The notes under the pieces were generated by a model. That model was given only the letters and a program-made list of their open reading frames with translations, did not search any database and was not told where the DNA came from. A stretch of 64,000 nt of DNA from contig OZ360225.1 in NCBI GenBank assembly GCA_977017645.1, positions 62,434,001 to 62,498,000 on the forward strand, in the 5' to 3' direction. Of the stretch, positions 26,893-40,109 are shown one piece after another (the stretch's first letter is position 1; each line of letters starts with the position of its first letter). This stretch comes from Torpedo marmorata. Its lineage: Eukaryota. The position numbers and the translations under genes are program-made.

Positions 26893-27240
26893 GGGGCAGC
26901 ACAGTGGTGCAGCTAGTAGAGCTGTTGCCTCACAGCACCAGAGACCTGGGTTCAATCCTGACTTCGGATGGTGTCAGTGTGGAGTTTGCATGTTCTCCCT
27001 GTGACCATGAGGGTTTCTTCTGAGGGCTCCAGTTTCCTCCCACATCCCAAAGATTTGCAGCTTGAAAGGTTAATTGGATGTTGCAAATTTGCTCCTGGTG
27101 TCTAGGTGACAGCTAGTAAACTGGAGAGGGATGTGATAGAATGTAGGGAGAATGGGATTAATGGAGGACAAGTGTAAAAGGGTGGTTGTTGGTTGGTGTT
27201 GACCTGGTAAATTTGTTTTTGTGCTTTATCAGTCTATTTC
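26893..27240 (+). mobile_element. tRNA-derived V-SINE/HE1-like SINE
   Basis: A-box TGGTGCAGCTAG, B-box GGTTCAATCC, core GTGTGGAGTTTGCATGTTCTCCCTGTG...CCTCCCACATCCCAAAGA. Confidence 0.8.
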
Positions 27241-27511
27241 TAACAATTCTTCCTTTGAATGGGTTCAATGTCTGAGCCTCTGCCCCACTCCAGAGTAGAA
27301 AATTCCAAAGATTCATAATCTACTTCATTCTCTGACTGCTCTTGGATCTCGGCTCCTCAGCCGGGGAAACATTTTTCCTGCATCCAGCCTGTTGAGCCCT
27401 GTAGAATTTTGTATGTTTCGGTGAGATCTTCTTTCATTCTTCCAAATTCCATGGAACATTGGCCTAGTCTAGTCAATCAGCCATCGCTGGAATCAGTACA
27501 GTGTATTTTTA

Positions 27512-28245
27512 TTGCACTCCCTTGAGAGCAAGCATAAGGCATATCCCGATGCCTTCTCAGTCAACGCTGGGGACTTCAATCAGGCTAGCTTAAAGAAGGT
27601 ACTTCCAAACTACCACCCGCATGTCTCCTGCAACATTAGGGGATGGAACACTCTTGATCACTGCTACACTACCATCAAGAAGGCTCACCACTCCACTTCC
27701 TGCCTGCACATGGGAAAAGCAAACCACCTGGCTGTGCTTCTCCTTCCTGCGCACAGGCAGAAGCTGAAGATCTCTGCACCGGTAGTGAAGACTGTATAGA
27801 GCTGCTCTGGGGAGGCCAAAGAACAGCTGTGTGACTGTCTTGAGTCATAGACTGGGCCATGATCAAGGACTTGCTGGCGAACCGAAACGACTATCAGTCG
27901 TCATCGAAAATGCGTGGATGATTGTGTTCCTACTAAGACTATCTGAGTGTATCCTAACCAGAAGTCACAGACAAACCAAAAGATCCGCAACCTTTTGAAG
28001 AGCAAATCTGTGGCGTTCAGATCAGGTGACTCCAAGTACAATTCCGAATCAAGCTGGGGTCTCAGACAGATGCTTGGCAGCTATGGCTGAGCTTGCATGA
28101 CATCACATCCTGCAGTGTAAAATGAGGTAGTACCACTAACTACAAAACATCTCTTCTGGATGAGCTCAATGCCTTCTATGCTCGCTTTGAAAGAAAAAAT
28201 AATGATGCACCCACGCGAGCTCCATACACCCTGGTGACTCTGCAC
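27512..28245 (+). mobile_element. Rex1/Babar LINE fragment (APE endonuclease C-terminal part and linker), degenerate
   Basis: AGDFNQASLKKVLPNYHPHV...TLDHCYTTIK...HMGKANHLAV = APE motifs GDFN, LDH and degenerate SDH; later DELNAFYARFE-type motif near 28160-28195. Confidence 0.75.
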
Positions 28246-28249
28246 AAAG

Positions 28250-28838
28250 GCTGGGACCTCATGACACAATTGTACAAGGTATTGGTGAGACCACACTTGG
28301 GGTACTATGTGCAGTTCTGGTTGTCTAGCGATAGGAAGGATATCAATAAGTTGGAAGGGGTGCAAAAGTGATTCGCCAGGTTGTTGCTATGATTGGAGAG
28401 CTTGAGTTCCAGTGAAAGGTTAGGCAGGCTGAGTTTTTATTCCTGAGAGTGTAGGAAGCTGGTTTTATAGAGGATTATATAATCATGAGGGGCATGGATA
28501 AAGTGAATGGTCATAGTCTTTTTCCCCAGTGTAGATGGTTCTAGAACTGGAGGGCTTAACTTTAAGATAAGAGGAGAGAGATTTAAGAGAGACCTGAGGG
28601 GCAACTCAGAGTATATCTGGAATCTGTATCTGGAACAAGCCGCCACAGGAAGCTAATGGAGCTTTACGAAGCTTTACAAAGTTCAAAAGACATTTGAAAA
28701 GATGTCTGGATAGGAAGGGTTCAGAAAGATATGGATTAAATGCAGGCAAATGGGACTAGTCCAGAATGCCAACGTGCTTAGCCTAGTTGAGCTTGGCCAA
28801 AGGGCTGTACCTCGTTGTATGAATCTATGACTCAATGT
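28250..28838 (+). mobile_element. CR1-type LINE 3' fragment
   Basis: LYKVLVRPHLGYYVQFW...RKDINKLEGVQK motif, CR1-like 3' UTR and (CTATGACT)-like tail. Confidence 0.8.
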
Positions 28839-29304
28839 AAGAAAACAACGTCCCTTCAGAGACAACGAGTAGGGAAGGATCACACCATCTCCTCAGATGT
28901 AGCTACCTCTGCCCCCATTGTTCACATGTTGTCCAGAGGAGAGAGGGGTTTAGAGAAGCCCAGCTCCAGCTCAAACCCCTGTACCAAGGCAGCTGGATTC
29001 TTCACCTAATTCGGTTTCTGTCCCTTGGTCATTGAAGCCTCTGCAAGGGAAGTGGCTCCTTTCTGCCCATCAGGTCTAGGCCTCCTTTAACTGTGTGAAC
29101 TTAGGTTACATCGACCCTCAGTGACATTTTTCTAGTCAGTCTACATTCATAGCTATACTTCCCCAAACCTGGCAACATCATTGTACATCCCCCTGTTTAC
29201 CAGTGCCACCACATCCTGTATCGCAGTGACCAGAGCCACACACAATACTCCAGCTGTGTCGTAGGACCTCAAAAATTATTTCATTATCATCTATATTTTC
29301 CTTA

Positions 29305-29620
29305 TGACATTGAAGGAAGCCATTCAGTCCACATCTATGCTGGCTCTCGGAGAAATCTTATTAGTCCTATTCTCCCATGAATTTTCCCTGTATCCTATTT
29401 TCTCTCTGATATCCAATAATTCCCCTCTGATTCTTCTACTTACCCCTAACTACACAGGCCAATTAACCTACCAATTAAAACCTCTTTAGGACGTGGGAGT
29501 AAACCAGACCACTCAGCGGAAAACCCATATGCTCACAGGGAGAAGGTGCAAACTCCACACGGTCAGCAGCTGAGGTCAGGAGCAAGCCCAGGTCTCCAGA
29601 GACGCGAGACAGCTCTGTAA
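29305..29620 (-). mobile_element. V-SINE/HE1-like SINE
   Basis: CACAGGGAGAAGGTGCAAACTCCACAC is the reverse complement of the V-SINE core. Confidence 0.65.
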
Positions 29621-32600
29621 TGCCTTGGTCCCAAGAAAGGTGCTCTGCAAATGGAACTATTTTTAACTATAGTTATTCAGTTGTCTCCAGAATCATGAAA
29701 TCACTATAAATCATGGCAAAAAGCAGGGATAAGATTTCTGTTTTGGCATCAGTATGCAAAGTAATTATTCCACAATGTTCTGGACCTGTAACACACAGCA
29801 CAGTAAGACTTATCAATGTCTAATTAGTCCAACCAAAAGTGATAGTGAAAGCTCCTGACTTGCCTGAAATTAGTTCTGCAGCTGGGATGGAATTTTCAGA
29901 CTTCCATAGAAGTGATAGAATACAATCTGAGGGACAGTGATTTCATTGTTGTTTGAACCTCAGGTAAGTAACATTCCTACTCATGGCCAGGGATTCCTGT
30001 GATGGGGAAACGAACATTCTGAGTGTACAGTAGGACTGGAGGTTAGTTGAGGGACTCTTATTAGCTTCATAACCATTCGGCTTGTCAGTGGGGAGTTAGG
30101 GGGTGGGTGGTGTGGATCAACAGCCTTGGTTCTGCTGATGATAACTGTTCAAAGCACCAGCTTTGATTGAGGAAAAGGTTGGGCTCATTTACAAACTTCT
30201 CCACACACATGCGCGCACGCACACAAACTGAATGATGAAGGTTCCACACCAGTGATCCAGCAGCAAAGAATTAGAGTCTTTAGAAAGCTTGGAGCAGAGT
30301 TTCCACATTAAAAAAAAACAGGGAAGAGATGATCAAAAACCAATAGGGTATTGTTTTATCTTCACCTGATTGAGTTAATTTGGAGGGTATGACAATCATC
30401 CTCCTACATAACAGAGCCTGGAGAATCAAAGTTGAACAAATTCCCTTGTGTGAGTGAAGTGCTGAGACAGCTATTTGTCCTTGCAGTGTACACATGCATT
30501 TACTCCAGTTCATTTTTCTGGGAGTCTGCACTTACTGGTCTAATTGCAAATGTGACATACCATACTTATGATATAAAAGATTATTGTTTAAAACAATTTA
30601 AACTATAATAATTTGAAAACTCCTTGAAAAATATCAAACACAACAGGCAATGAATTTCTACAAGCGCGATCATATGATCTTCGCTGAGTTTGTGAGCTTT
30701 ACATGCAGATATAATCAATAAACAGCAGGTGATTTGATCCAATTTAAACTTACTGGACCTGTGGATTTGCTTGCTTTCCCTCAAATTATTTTGTCTTCTA
30801 TTTTATATATTTATTGGATTCACTGTTGAACAAGTAATCTTGTTAAAGAAAGGATGTCTTGCAATAATGTTCACTTGCCTTTTCAGAGGTCCAAGATCTT
30901 TTATAACAAATATCTTTACCAGAGGCTTATACCACAATGCAGTACCTGCAAAGAAGCAATGATTAGATAAAGTTTGAGCAACAATAAATCTTGGACAGAG
31001 CAAATCAGTCTCAGGTCCTGTTTTAAAGTAGCGTCATGTGATTTTTGGAAATCGTTGAAGAGAAATGATGTGTAATGTCTTAATTAAAGCATGAATCAGC
31101 ACTTGAACTGCAAGGCTTTAAAAAGTAGGCTTTAAACCAAGTGCTGGTAAACGGAAAGAGTACAGACAGGTATTTGATTGTCAGCATTGATATGGTGGGC
31201 TGAATGGCCTATTTCTGTTGGATGACTGTGACTCTGGCATCTCTGACAGTGCAACATCCATCCTTCAACCCCATTACTTCAAAGTGCATGCCTCAATTTT
31301 TATGCTTAAGTCACGTGAAGAAGTCTTGAGCCTATACACCTCAGACTCTGAGGGAAAAATTATTATCTGCTGAACCACAGCTGCCATTTAATCTTCATTT
31401 GCCTTTTCCACTCATCTGTATTTTTGATAATACTGACAGCTATATTCAGTGGCAAATTAGGAATTGTCCTAACAGCTGACTAGAATGTGTAAACTTTTCT
31501 TTATGAAATGTGCTACTTACTTCTGTCAATGACGTTGACTGTGCTTAACTGCAATGTAAAGTACAATCAATAGTCTGCAGAAGTCTGTATTTGTGGTTAC
31601 ACAATGTCAATAGTGCTTCATATCCTACAAAAGGCATTGGACCTTCTATGTCAAGTCACTATTAACAATATCCATTCTTAAATTAGATGCTAAATTTATA
31701 TTTGGATCAATAGACTCCAATTTGCCTCCTTATTGGTGCCTACATGATAGAACTGAGGGAGGGGATCATTTTAGTCCATTCTTGCAGTGTAAAATTTACA
31801 CATCTTTTCCTCTGAGAAAATATGATGTGCTTGCCGTCTTTCTCTGAAGCCAGTTGGATGAATGAGAAAAAAGAAGTGATGGTCCCAGGCCAAGTCTTGG
31901 CAGATGTGTGGCAACCTTTCCAAAGGCATTTGCTCATTCTCAGACTTAACTCTGTGCACTTAAAGTGTTTTGGTTGCTGAAGGTTCGAGCTAGTAATGGC
32001 ACAGTGAGGGAATGTATTACCAAATGGCCAGGAGTTCTGCAGTCTGATGTTGCTTTCCATTTAATATCTGCTGTCTGTGCCAGATTAAAGAAGCAACGGC
32101 CTTATGTGTATCTCAGGACATCATGATGGCCCTTCCAGACAGTTAGCACTTGCTAAGCATATCCACTCTTTAACGCAGGAGAGGTAACTGCCAAGCTTTC
32201 ATGACAGAGGCGAGATGACAACCAGATAACAATTACTTTAGAAGGGTTGTAATAAATGTTGGCCAATAGACTGGGATGTCTCTCCTGCCTTTCTTCAAAA
32301 TCCCTGGGTTCACTTGCAATTGGCTGAGAGCAGGATAAGCGGTCAATTTAAAATTTCATCCCAAGGATCCCATCCCCAAAAGTTTCAGAAGTGGAGCGTG
32401 AACCCCAAGCCTTCCAACTCAGTGCTGAGGGTACAACAAAGGAAGGCATCAGTGGTATTTAATAGCACTGGCTGGGTTCAAACTGAGTCTTGGAGTAAAT
32501 GTCCAATGCAAAAAAAAAATCAGAGGAATATAATACAAAAAAATGGCAGTTCGGCATGTCTGAATTCCTTGCTCTGGGGGTTCACCATTCTGTGGAATTT

Positions 32601-32988
32601 CTGCAGTGCAAATTAAGTATCTTGTTTACAATGGTAGATGTAATTATTCTGCTTACTCCAAGTGCCAGCTCTGATCCTTGGGTCTGGTTCACTTGGCACT
32701 ATCAACGACTCTTTTATACTCTGTGAATATGCTGTGTTTACGTAAGTACCTGGAATTACTACAACAAGCTCACTGCAGGTGGCAGTCATAAGTCTGCAGT
32801 ACTTGCACAGCCACAGACTTTAAAATCTCTTAAATTCAACAACATAGATTCATACAAGAAGACACCAGCATTATTATGTTTAGCTATCACACTGACATCC
32901 TTCAGTACTATGAGATTTAGAGAAATAAAATGCTGACTGTAATGCGTATTATGTGTAGAGTAGTTACTTGACATCAGAATCAAATTAG

Positions 32989-33228
32989 TTGCATGGTTAG
33001 CGTAGTGGTTAGTGTAACGCTATTACAGCGCTAGTGACCATGTTCAAATCTGCCACTGTCTGCAAGAAGCTTGTACATTTTTCCTGTAACCTTGTGGGTT
33101 TCCTCTGGGTGCTTCCATTTCCTCCCACATTTAAAAGACATATGGGTTGGTAGGTTAATTGGTCACATGGGTGTATTTGGGTGGTGCGGGCTCATAGGCT
33201 GGAAGGGCCTGTTACTGTACTGTATCTC
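32989..33228 (+). mobile_element. tRNA-derived SINE (same family as 23322-23587)
   Basis: GGTTAGCGTAGTGGTTAGTGTAACGCTATTACAGCG head, V-core, GGAAGGGCCTGTTACTGTACTGTATCTC tail. Confidence 0.7.
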
Positions 33229-34134
33229 AAAATAATTATGGGCGCTTAATATTACATAATTAATTGGTGTACCATTGCTCACACTTGCTCAATTCTTTCT
33301 CAATAACTTCATTGCTGCTAAGCTCCCTCATCCCATCCAATTCATCCAAACATTGCAATCCTAAATTAAACCCTTTACCCATGTCATCCACATTCTCTGT
33401 TACTTTTTGTTGGCTTCTGGTCCAACAGCGCATCAAGTACCAAACTCAAGTCCATTTTTCATGGTCCCCGCAGCACCTTTTCTCTCTTGACCAACATTTT
33501 TCCCTTAAAACCTACCTAAAATTGTGCAATAAAAATAGAAACTTCTGGGGGTACTCAGCAGGTTAGGCAGTGGGCATGGAGAGAGGAATAAGCTTGATGA
33601 CATTTCATCAATGCCAACCTTCTCTTCATTTAAATGCTCCTTTTCCACATTAACCACATTCTATGTGTAGATGAGAGAGTCACCAGCCCCTTAGCTTTTT
33701 AGAAGCTCAATGGGACCTTTCTTATAATGGTTATGCATTCTCTCTGTGCTGGGATACATCTTACCTCCCCCACTACTGTTGTATTTTTGGAGGTCTCATT
33801 CTTTAGGTGGGGTGGGGGGAATGTTTTTTTAAAAATTTCCTTACTGTTTCATGTAGTAGAACTACAGACTTGAAGATAAAACCCAAACCACCCACTTGTA
33901 CTGATGAGGCTGCACTACAACTCCAGCCAGCCTTTCAGCTGTGGAAGTTGGGTCTCTGCCCCAGACTCACTACTGAGTGGTAGACTGGGAATTTGAATGA
34001 GCTGGTACCTCCCATTCATTCATGACCTCTGTGTTTCCTTGTCAGATGGGGGAGTCAGGACTGAACCCTCCCGCACACTGTTGCTTGCTGACACTCTCTA
34101 TGGACAGCAAAACATTTCATTATTATAATTTTTC

Positions 34135-34455
34135 ATGACATAGAAAGAGGCCCTAAGGCCCAACAAGTCTATACCAGCTCTCCGATTTTCCCCATCGGTC
34201 ACATTCCCCAATCTGTAACCTATTCTCTCTCACATGCCCATCAATTCCCCCTTGATTCTCCTGCCACTCACCTACACCAGGGATAATCTACACCATCTAA
34301 TTAACCTGCCAACTCGCACATCTTTGGAATGTGGGAGGGAACCAAAGCTCCCAGGGGAAAACCATACATTCACAGGGACAAACTCCACACAGTCAGCACT
34401 GGAAATCAGGATTGAATTTGGGTTGCTGTAGCTATGAGACAGCAGCACCATCTGC
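34135..34455 (-). mobile_element. V-SINE/HE1-like SINE
   Basis: TCTTTGGAATGTGGGAGG...CAAACTCCACAC (reverse complement of core). Confidence 0.65.
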
Positions 34456-35693
34456 AGATGATGGCAATCTGAAATGAAAAAAGGGTATTGGAAGCAGACA
34501 GGTTTAGGCAGCATTCAGAGAGAGAGAGAGAGAGAAACAGAGAGAAACAGAGTAAATATCCAAAGTAGATGATCTATCATCAGAATTCCATGGAATTCCT
34601 GAGTAAAAATCATCAGGTTCTAATCCATTAAATTTGACTAAAGACAAGTTGGCACTGAGCTAATGGAACCATATGCAGTTTTTAATGTAGCCCCATGAAA
34701 ATTAGAACATGGCAAAAAAACAATCTGCTGGAGGAACTCATCAGATTGAGTCAGTCTTGGTGAAGGAGACCAGCCCAAAATGTTGACCACTCTTTTTCTC
34801 CCACTGATGCTGCTCGACCCGCTGACCTCCTTCAGCTGATTGCTTTTTGCTCCAGATTTCAACATCTGCAGTCTCTCATGTGCTGCCTTAAAACTTGGCA
34901 ATTTGATTAATGAACACACCTATTCAGTTAATTCATTGACCTAGAACCTGGCTAAAGGACTGGTGACCATGAGATCATCAACTGTCATAAAAAAATTTGG
35001 TTCCTTTATATTCTTTGGGAACGAAAGCTATCATAGGTTGGCACAACACCATGGGTTGAAGGGCCTGTACTGGGCTGTAATGTTCCATGTTCTATCTTTA
35101 ACCTGTCTGGCCTGTACATGAATGTGCCAGTCTTAACTGTATTGTGATATGGACTAGAAAATCAGTCACTTACACCAAACCATTTGGTATTTACAATATA
35201 GACTCAAGCAGTTTTAAAAAAGTAACTCAAGGAATTAGGGGATGGGCAATAAACATCGGCTTTGACAGTGACATTCACTTCTCAAGAGAGTTGAAAGGAA
35301 AACCCTTGTGGAAAGTAATGGCCAAATAACATTATTGGCTGGCTGCAACTTGACTTTAATTTTCTATGAACAGTTCATCTCTGTGTGTACAGGATTTTGC
35401 ATATTCTGAAAATGTTGTTCCAACATTGTAGCATGTACCACTATTGATTTTTACAAAAAATATTTCTAACATTATTTTAAAACATGTAACAATGCTCTTG
35501 GCTGTTTGCATTGGTAGAGGGGGAACAACTAAAGCCCTCTGTAGAGCCCACATGTAGCGCATAAAATCTATTGCAGGGCCAAATTGATTGAGCTTGTTTA
35601 TTTTAAGCATATTAAAGGTGCTGCTAAATTAGTGAACAAGGAATATATTCCCAATGCAGAGGAATTTGTCACTGTAACAGCATGCTATGACTA

Positions 35694-36169
35694 CAAGTTC
35701 AAGTTTGTTTATTATCATCCGGTTGTACAAGTACAAGCCGACGAAACAGCGTTCTCTGGTCCTCAGTGCAAGAACATGCAAACACACATCCAGACATAAC
35801 ACACATACAAACGATACATATGCAGTATCTATATACATATATATATAAAAAATAAATATTTTAAAATAAAATAGTAGAGTGTCGGAGGGTTTGTATGAGC
35901 AGTTCATTTTGCCATTCAGCAGTCTCACTGCCCGTGGGAGGAAGTTGTTTCTCAGCCTGATACTCCTATATCTCTTTCCAGATGGGAGCAGCTGAAAGAT
36001 GGTGTGTGCGGGGTGGAAGGGGTACTCAATGATTTTATGCGCCCTCTTCAGACAACGATCCCAGTAGATCACATCAATGGGGGAGAAGGAGATCCCAGTG
36101 ATCCTGTCTGCCACTCTTATGATCCTGTGGATTGATCTCCACACTGCGATGCAGCCGGCCAGGATGCTC
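35694..36169 (-). mobile_element. Rex1/Babar LINE 3' fragment
   Basis: RCLKRAHKIIEYPFHPAHTIFQLLPSGKRYRSI...NNFLPRAVRLLN C-terminus; (ACTTGA)n tail at ~35694. Confidence 0.85.
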
Positions 36170-37443
36170 TCAAGTCAAGTTATTGTCATCTGATTGTACA
36201 AGTACAACCCAACAAAACAGCGTTCTCCGGTCCTCGGTGCAAAACACACAGACACGCACCCAGACATAACACACATACTGCCAAACAAAACATATGCAGG
36301 ACAAGTATTCATATACACATATATATATAGACAGACAGACACACACACACACACACACACAAATAAATAAATGTTGTTTCATGAATACGAGAGTCTCAAA
36401 TGTTTAGTGTGCGCAGTTCCTTTGGGCGTTCAGCATTCTCACTGCCCGAGGCAAGAAGCTGTTCCTCAGGCTGGTGGTGCTGGCTCTGATACTCCTGTAT
36501 CTCTTTCCCGATGGGAGCATCTGAAATGTGCTGTGTGTGGGGTGGAAGGGGTCCTCAATGATTTTGCGCACCCTCTTTGACAACGATCCCGTTAGATCAC
36601 GTCGATGGGGGGGAGGGAGATTCCAGTGATCCTCTCTGCCACTCTTATGGTTCTGTGGATTGATCTCTGGTCCATTTCTCAGCAGCAACCGTACCACACT
36701 GTGATGCAGCCAGCCAGGACACTCTCGATAGAGCTCCTGTAGAAGGTTGACATAATGGTGGCCGGTAGCCTTGCCCGCTTCAGTCTTCTCAGGAAGTGCA
36801 GTCACTGTTGCGCCTTCCTGACAAGTGAGGAGATGTTGTGTGTCCACGATAGGTCACTAGTTAAGTGAACTCCAAGGAACTTGGTGCTCTCCACTCTCTC
36901 CACTACAGAGTTGTTGATGTGTAGTGGAGGGTGGTCGTTCCTGGTCCTCCTGAAGTCCATGATCATCTCCTTCGTCTTGTCCACGTTGAGACTCAGATTG
37001 TTACTCTCGCACCATATCACAAGATTTTCTACCTCTTCTCTGTAGTGCGACTCATCGTTGTTGCTGGTGAGGCCAACTACTGTTGTGTCATCTGCAAACT
37101 TGATGACATTGTTGGAGCTGGATCTGGCAATGCAGTCGTGGGTCAGTCGTGTGAACAGGAGCGGGCTGAGCACACAGCCCTGAGGTGCACCAATGCTCAG
37201 CGTGACGGTGCTCAAATTTCTGCTACCAGCCCAGACAGACTGTGGACGTTCCATTAGGAAGTCCAGAATCCAGTTACAGAGAGGGGTGTTGAGTCCCAGC
37301 AAGGACAACTTCTCCACCAGCCTCTGGGAAATGATTGTATTAAACGCCGAGCTGAAGTCAATGAACAGCAGCCTGGTGTATGAGGCATCGTTCTCCAGGT
37401 TGGCGAAGACGGAGTGAAGGGACAAGGCATTGCCTATGGAACG
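36170..37443 (-). mobile_element. Rex1/Babar LINE, 5'-truncated RT, frameshifted
   Basis: [14 protein letters not shown]...[13 protein letters not shown]...[11 protein letters not shown]...KFLGVHL RT motifs (36802-37443); C-terminus in another frame (36404-36847); 3' UTR with (CA)n and CAAGT tail. Confidence 0.9.
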
Positions 37444-38002
37444 TATGTGGACTTCAATCCCAAAGAAACAGTTGTAACAATGTCCTGATATAAGTTGGAG
37501 ACTCATGGGGGCCAACAAACCAAACATTAATCATTTAATATATTTCCAACAAAATATGTTTGTGAGACATTAAAATATGGAATAATTATAAGCTTTAATA
37601 ACAGGAGATTAGAAAAGAACAAGTTAAAAATAAGCAGGTCAAAGCTCAAACAGACATCAAGATGAGCATGAATAACCTAGGCATAAAAGGGTTTGGCTCA
37701 AGTACTGGATTAGCACAGATCTGCCCAATGGTTGGCATTGACCTGGAGGGCTGATTAGCCTCTTTCTGTGCTGTATGACTCTAAGCCTCCGTGACATCAT
37801 CTGTGGTCAGGTGATTGTGGAATCATATGGACACATGACCACTGTGAATATGCAGTGAGTAACTTAGTCAAGGATACTTGCGTTTGATGAATTCTACCAT
37901 AGCTACAATGGCTAGGATACCCATAGCAAACAATAGGGGTCAATATTTGAAGAAGGGACCTGGAATTCTGGAAGCCTGAGGAAATTTGGCATGTCACATG
38001 CG

Positions 38003-38117
38003 TCACTCAATAACTTCTACTGGTCCACCATTGAAAGTATCTTATCAGGGTGTGTCACTGCATGGTACGGGAACTCTCCGCCCAAGACTGCAAGAAAATG
38101 CAGAGTTGTGAATGCAT
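38003..38117 (+). mobile_element. Short Rex1/Babar RT C-terminal fragment
   Basis: NNFYWSTIESILSGCVTAWYGNS / AQDCKKMQRVVN-like motif. Confidence 0.7.
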
Positions 38118-38118
38118 T

Positions 38119-39381
38119 TGTCAATACACAAAGACCCAGCCACAAAAATTTGAGCCAACGACCAGGCGATTTGACCACATACACGTAGACCTGGTAGGCC
38201 CCCTACCCATCTCCAGAGGAGTGCGATACCTCCTCACCATGGTGGACCGTTTCACTTGCTGGCCCGAGGCAGTCCCTCTCGCGGACATCACCACCGAAGC
38301 CTGTGCCAGAGCCCTTATCACCACGTGGGTCGCACGCTTTGGGGTGCCAGCCCACATTACCTCGGACAGGGGGGCCCAATTTACATCAGCCCTGTGGACA
38401 GTCATGGCCAACTTGCTGGGCACGCAGCTCCACAAAACGACGGCTTACCACCCAGAATCCAATGGTTTATTAGAACGCTTCCACCGCCACCTAAAAGCCG
38501 CTCTAATGGCCTGCCTAGACGGTCCGAATTGGGTGGACGAGCTGCCGTGGGACCTCCTGGGGATCCGCACAGCGCCTAAAGAAGAGCTCAGTACCTCGTC
38601 GGCAGAATTGGTCTACGGAACCCTTCTGGTGGTACCAGGGGAATTCCTACCCGCCCCAAGCGGGCAAGATGCCAGCACAGCAGAGATGCTCAACAGACTC
38701 AGCGAGCAACTCGGCAACCTAGCACCGATCCCCACGTTGGAACATGGACAGTGGCCCGAGCGCATCCCCAATAACCTGCGGAGCTGTGAGTATGTGTTCA
38801 TCAGAAGAGGACCACACAGGGCACCACTACAACGGCCTTATGAAGGCCCTTTCCGGGTAGTTAAAAATAACGGCTCCACCTTCATATTGGACATTGGGGG
38901 TAAAGAAGAATGTTTCACAACAGACCGTTTAAAACCAGCACACATGGACTTAACTCAACCTATTGAACTACAGGCACCCAGACGCAGGGGCCGGCCTCCT
39001 AAACAACCGAGAGACTCTAACACCGGTTCTGGGGGGGGGGGGTTGTGTAGCGGTACCCGCTCTGGGAAAGCGAACCGGTGCCCGCAATGGTGGCAGCGCA
39101 AGTACACGTGGCAACAGCAGGGGCCGGCGCAAAATGGCACCGACCCCCCCTACTTCTTCAACCAGGAGAAGGACAGGAGACCCGGGAAAGTTCCCATTGT
39201 AATGTACAGCTCCCATTGTCATGTAGATGACAGCGATTAAGTGGCAATGGTCATGTAAACGACAGCAATTAAGCTCGCAGCCCTGCTTAAAAGCCAGGGC
39301 TGCGAGACCTGATTAAACAGTCTTGCTTGCAACCCACCGACTGTGTGTTGTTCTTCAGAATTCTGTGTAGCTCACGCTACA
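38119..39381 (+). mobile_element. Truncated Gypsy (CsRN1-like) LTR retrotransposon: integrase, PPT and 3' LTR
   Basis: Open integrase core HIHVDLVGP...TSDRGAQF...NGLLERFHR plus GPY/F module (YEGPFRVV); poly-G PPT 39031-39042; LTR 39046-39381 bounded by TGTAGCG...CGCTACA. Confidence 0.9.
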
Positions 39382-40109
39382 GTTTGATGTATTGGGGCTC
39401 AGCATAGTTTTGATGGGCTGAATACTCTGCTCCTGTCCAACAACAGTTCTATAATTTTATGATCAAAAGGCATGTTTTATGGAATGCTGAAAGGAAGAAG
39501 GGAAGGAAAGCAAGCTGTAGCAACCCAGTGCCATTTTAAAAATGAATTCCTTCATGTGAAACGTAAATCACTGAAATTTACTGTACATCGCTCATTGCCT
39601 CAAAAATGTGGACGCAGTTAAGAAACAACTGCATTGATAGGCCAACAATCATATTCAGGCTATGATGGGTAGGGATAACAGATCTCTTCCTCTGAAACTG
39701 ATGGATTTTTCCAACAGTCTGGTATCTTTGTGATTATCGTTCCAAAAAACAGGTTTAAAAAAAAATGTTCAGATTTATTTAATTACTTTAATTTAAATTC
39801 CCCAGTTGCCTTGGTGGGCTTTGAACTCTCATCTTTGGATCAATGGTCCTGAACTCTAGCTACTAATCCAGTAAAATTAACCCTCATGCTGCCATACTTT
39901 CATGTGCTGTGCCAAAAGACAGGGGAAGAGTGAAGTGAACATTTTTTTCCCCTGGTTTTCTCTCCATCCTCTTTTTGGAAGGTGCAATTTCCAAATCATG
40001 AGGTTTCCACCAGGGCCTGATCAAAGAAAGTCTAACCCCCATGTTGTCAGCACACCCTTAGTATAGCGCATTGAATTTTTTTTCACATGAAACACAGAGG
40101 CACGAAGGG

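Noticed and set aside
26893-26965. tRNA gene (A and B boxes)
   Set aside because: It is the tRNA-derived head of a SINE, continuing into the V-core with no cloverleaf or terminator
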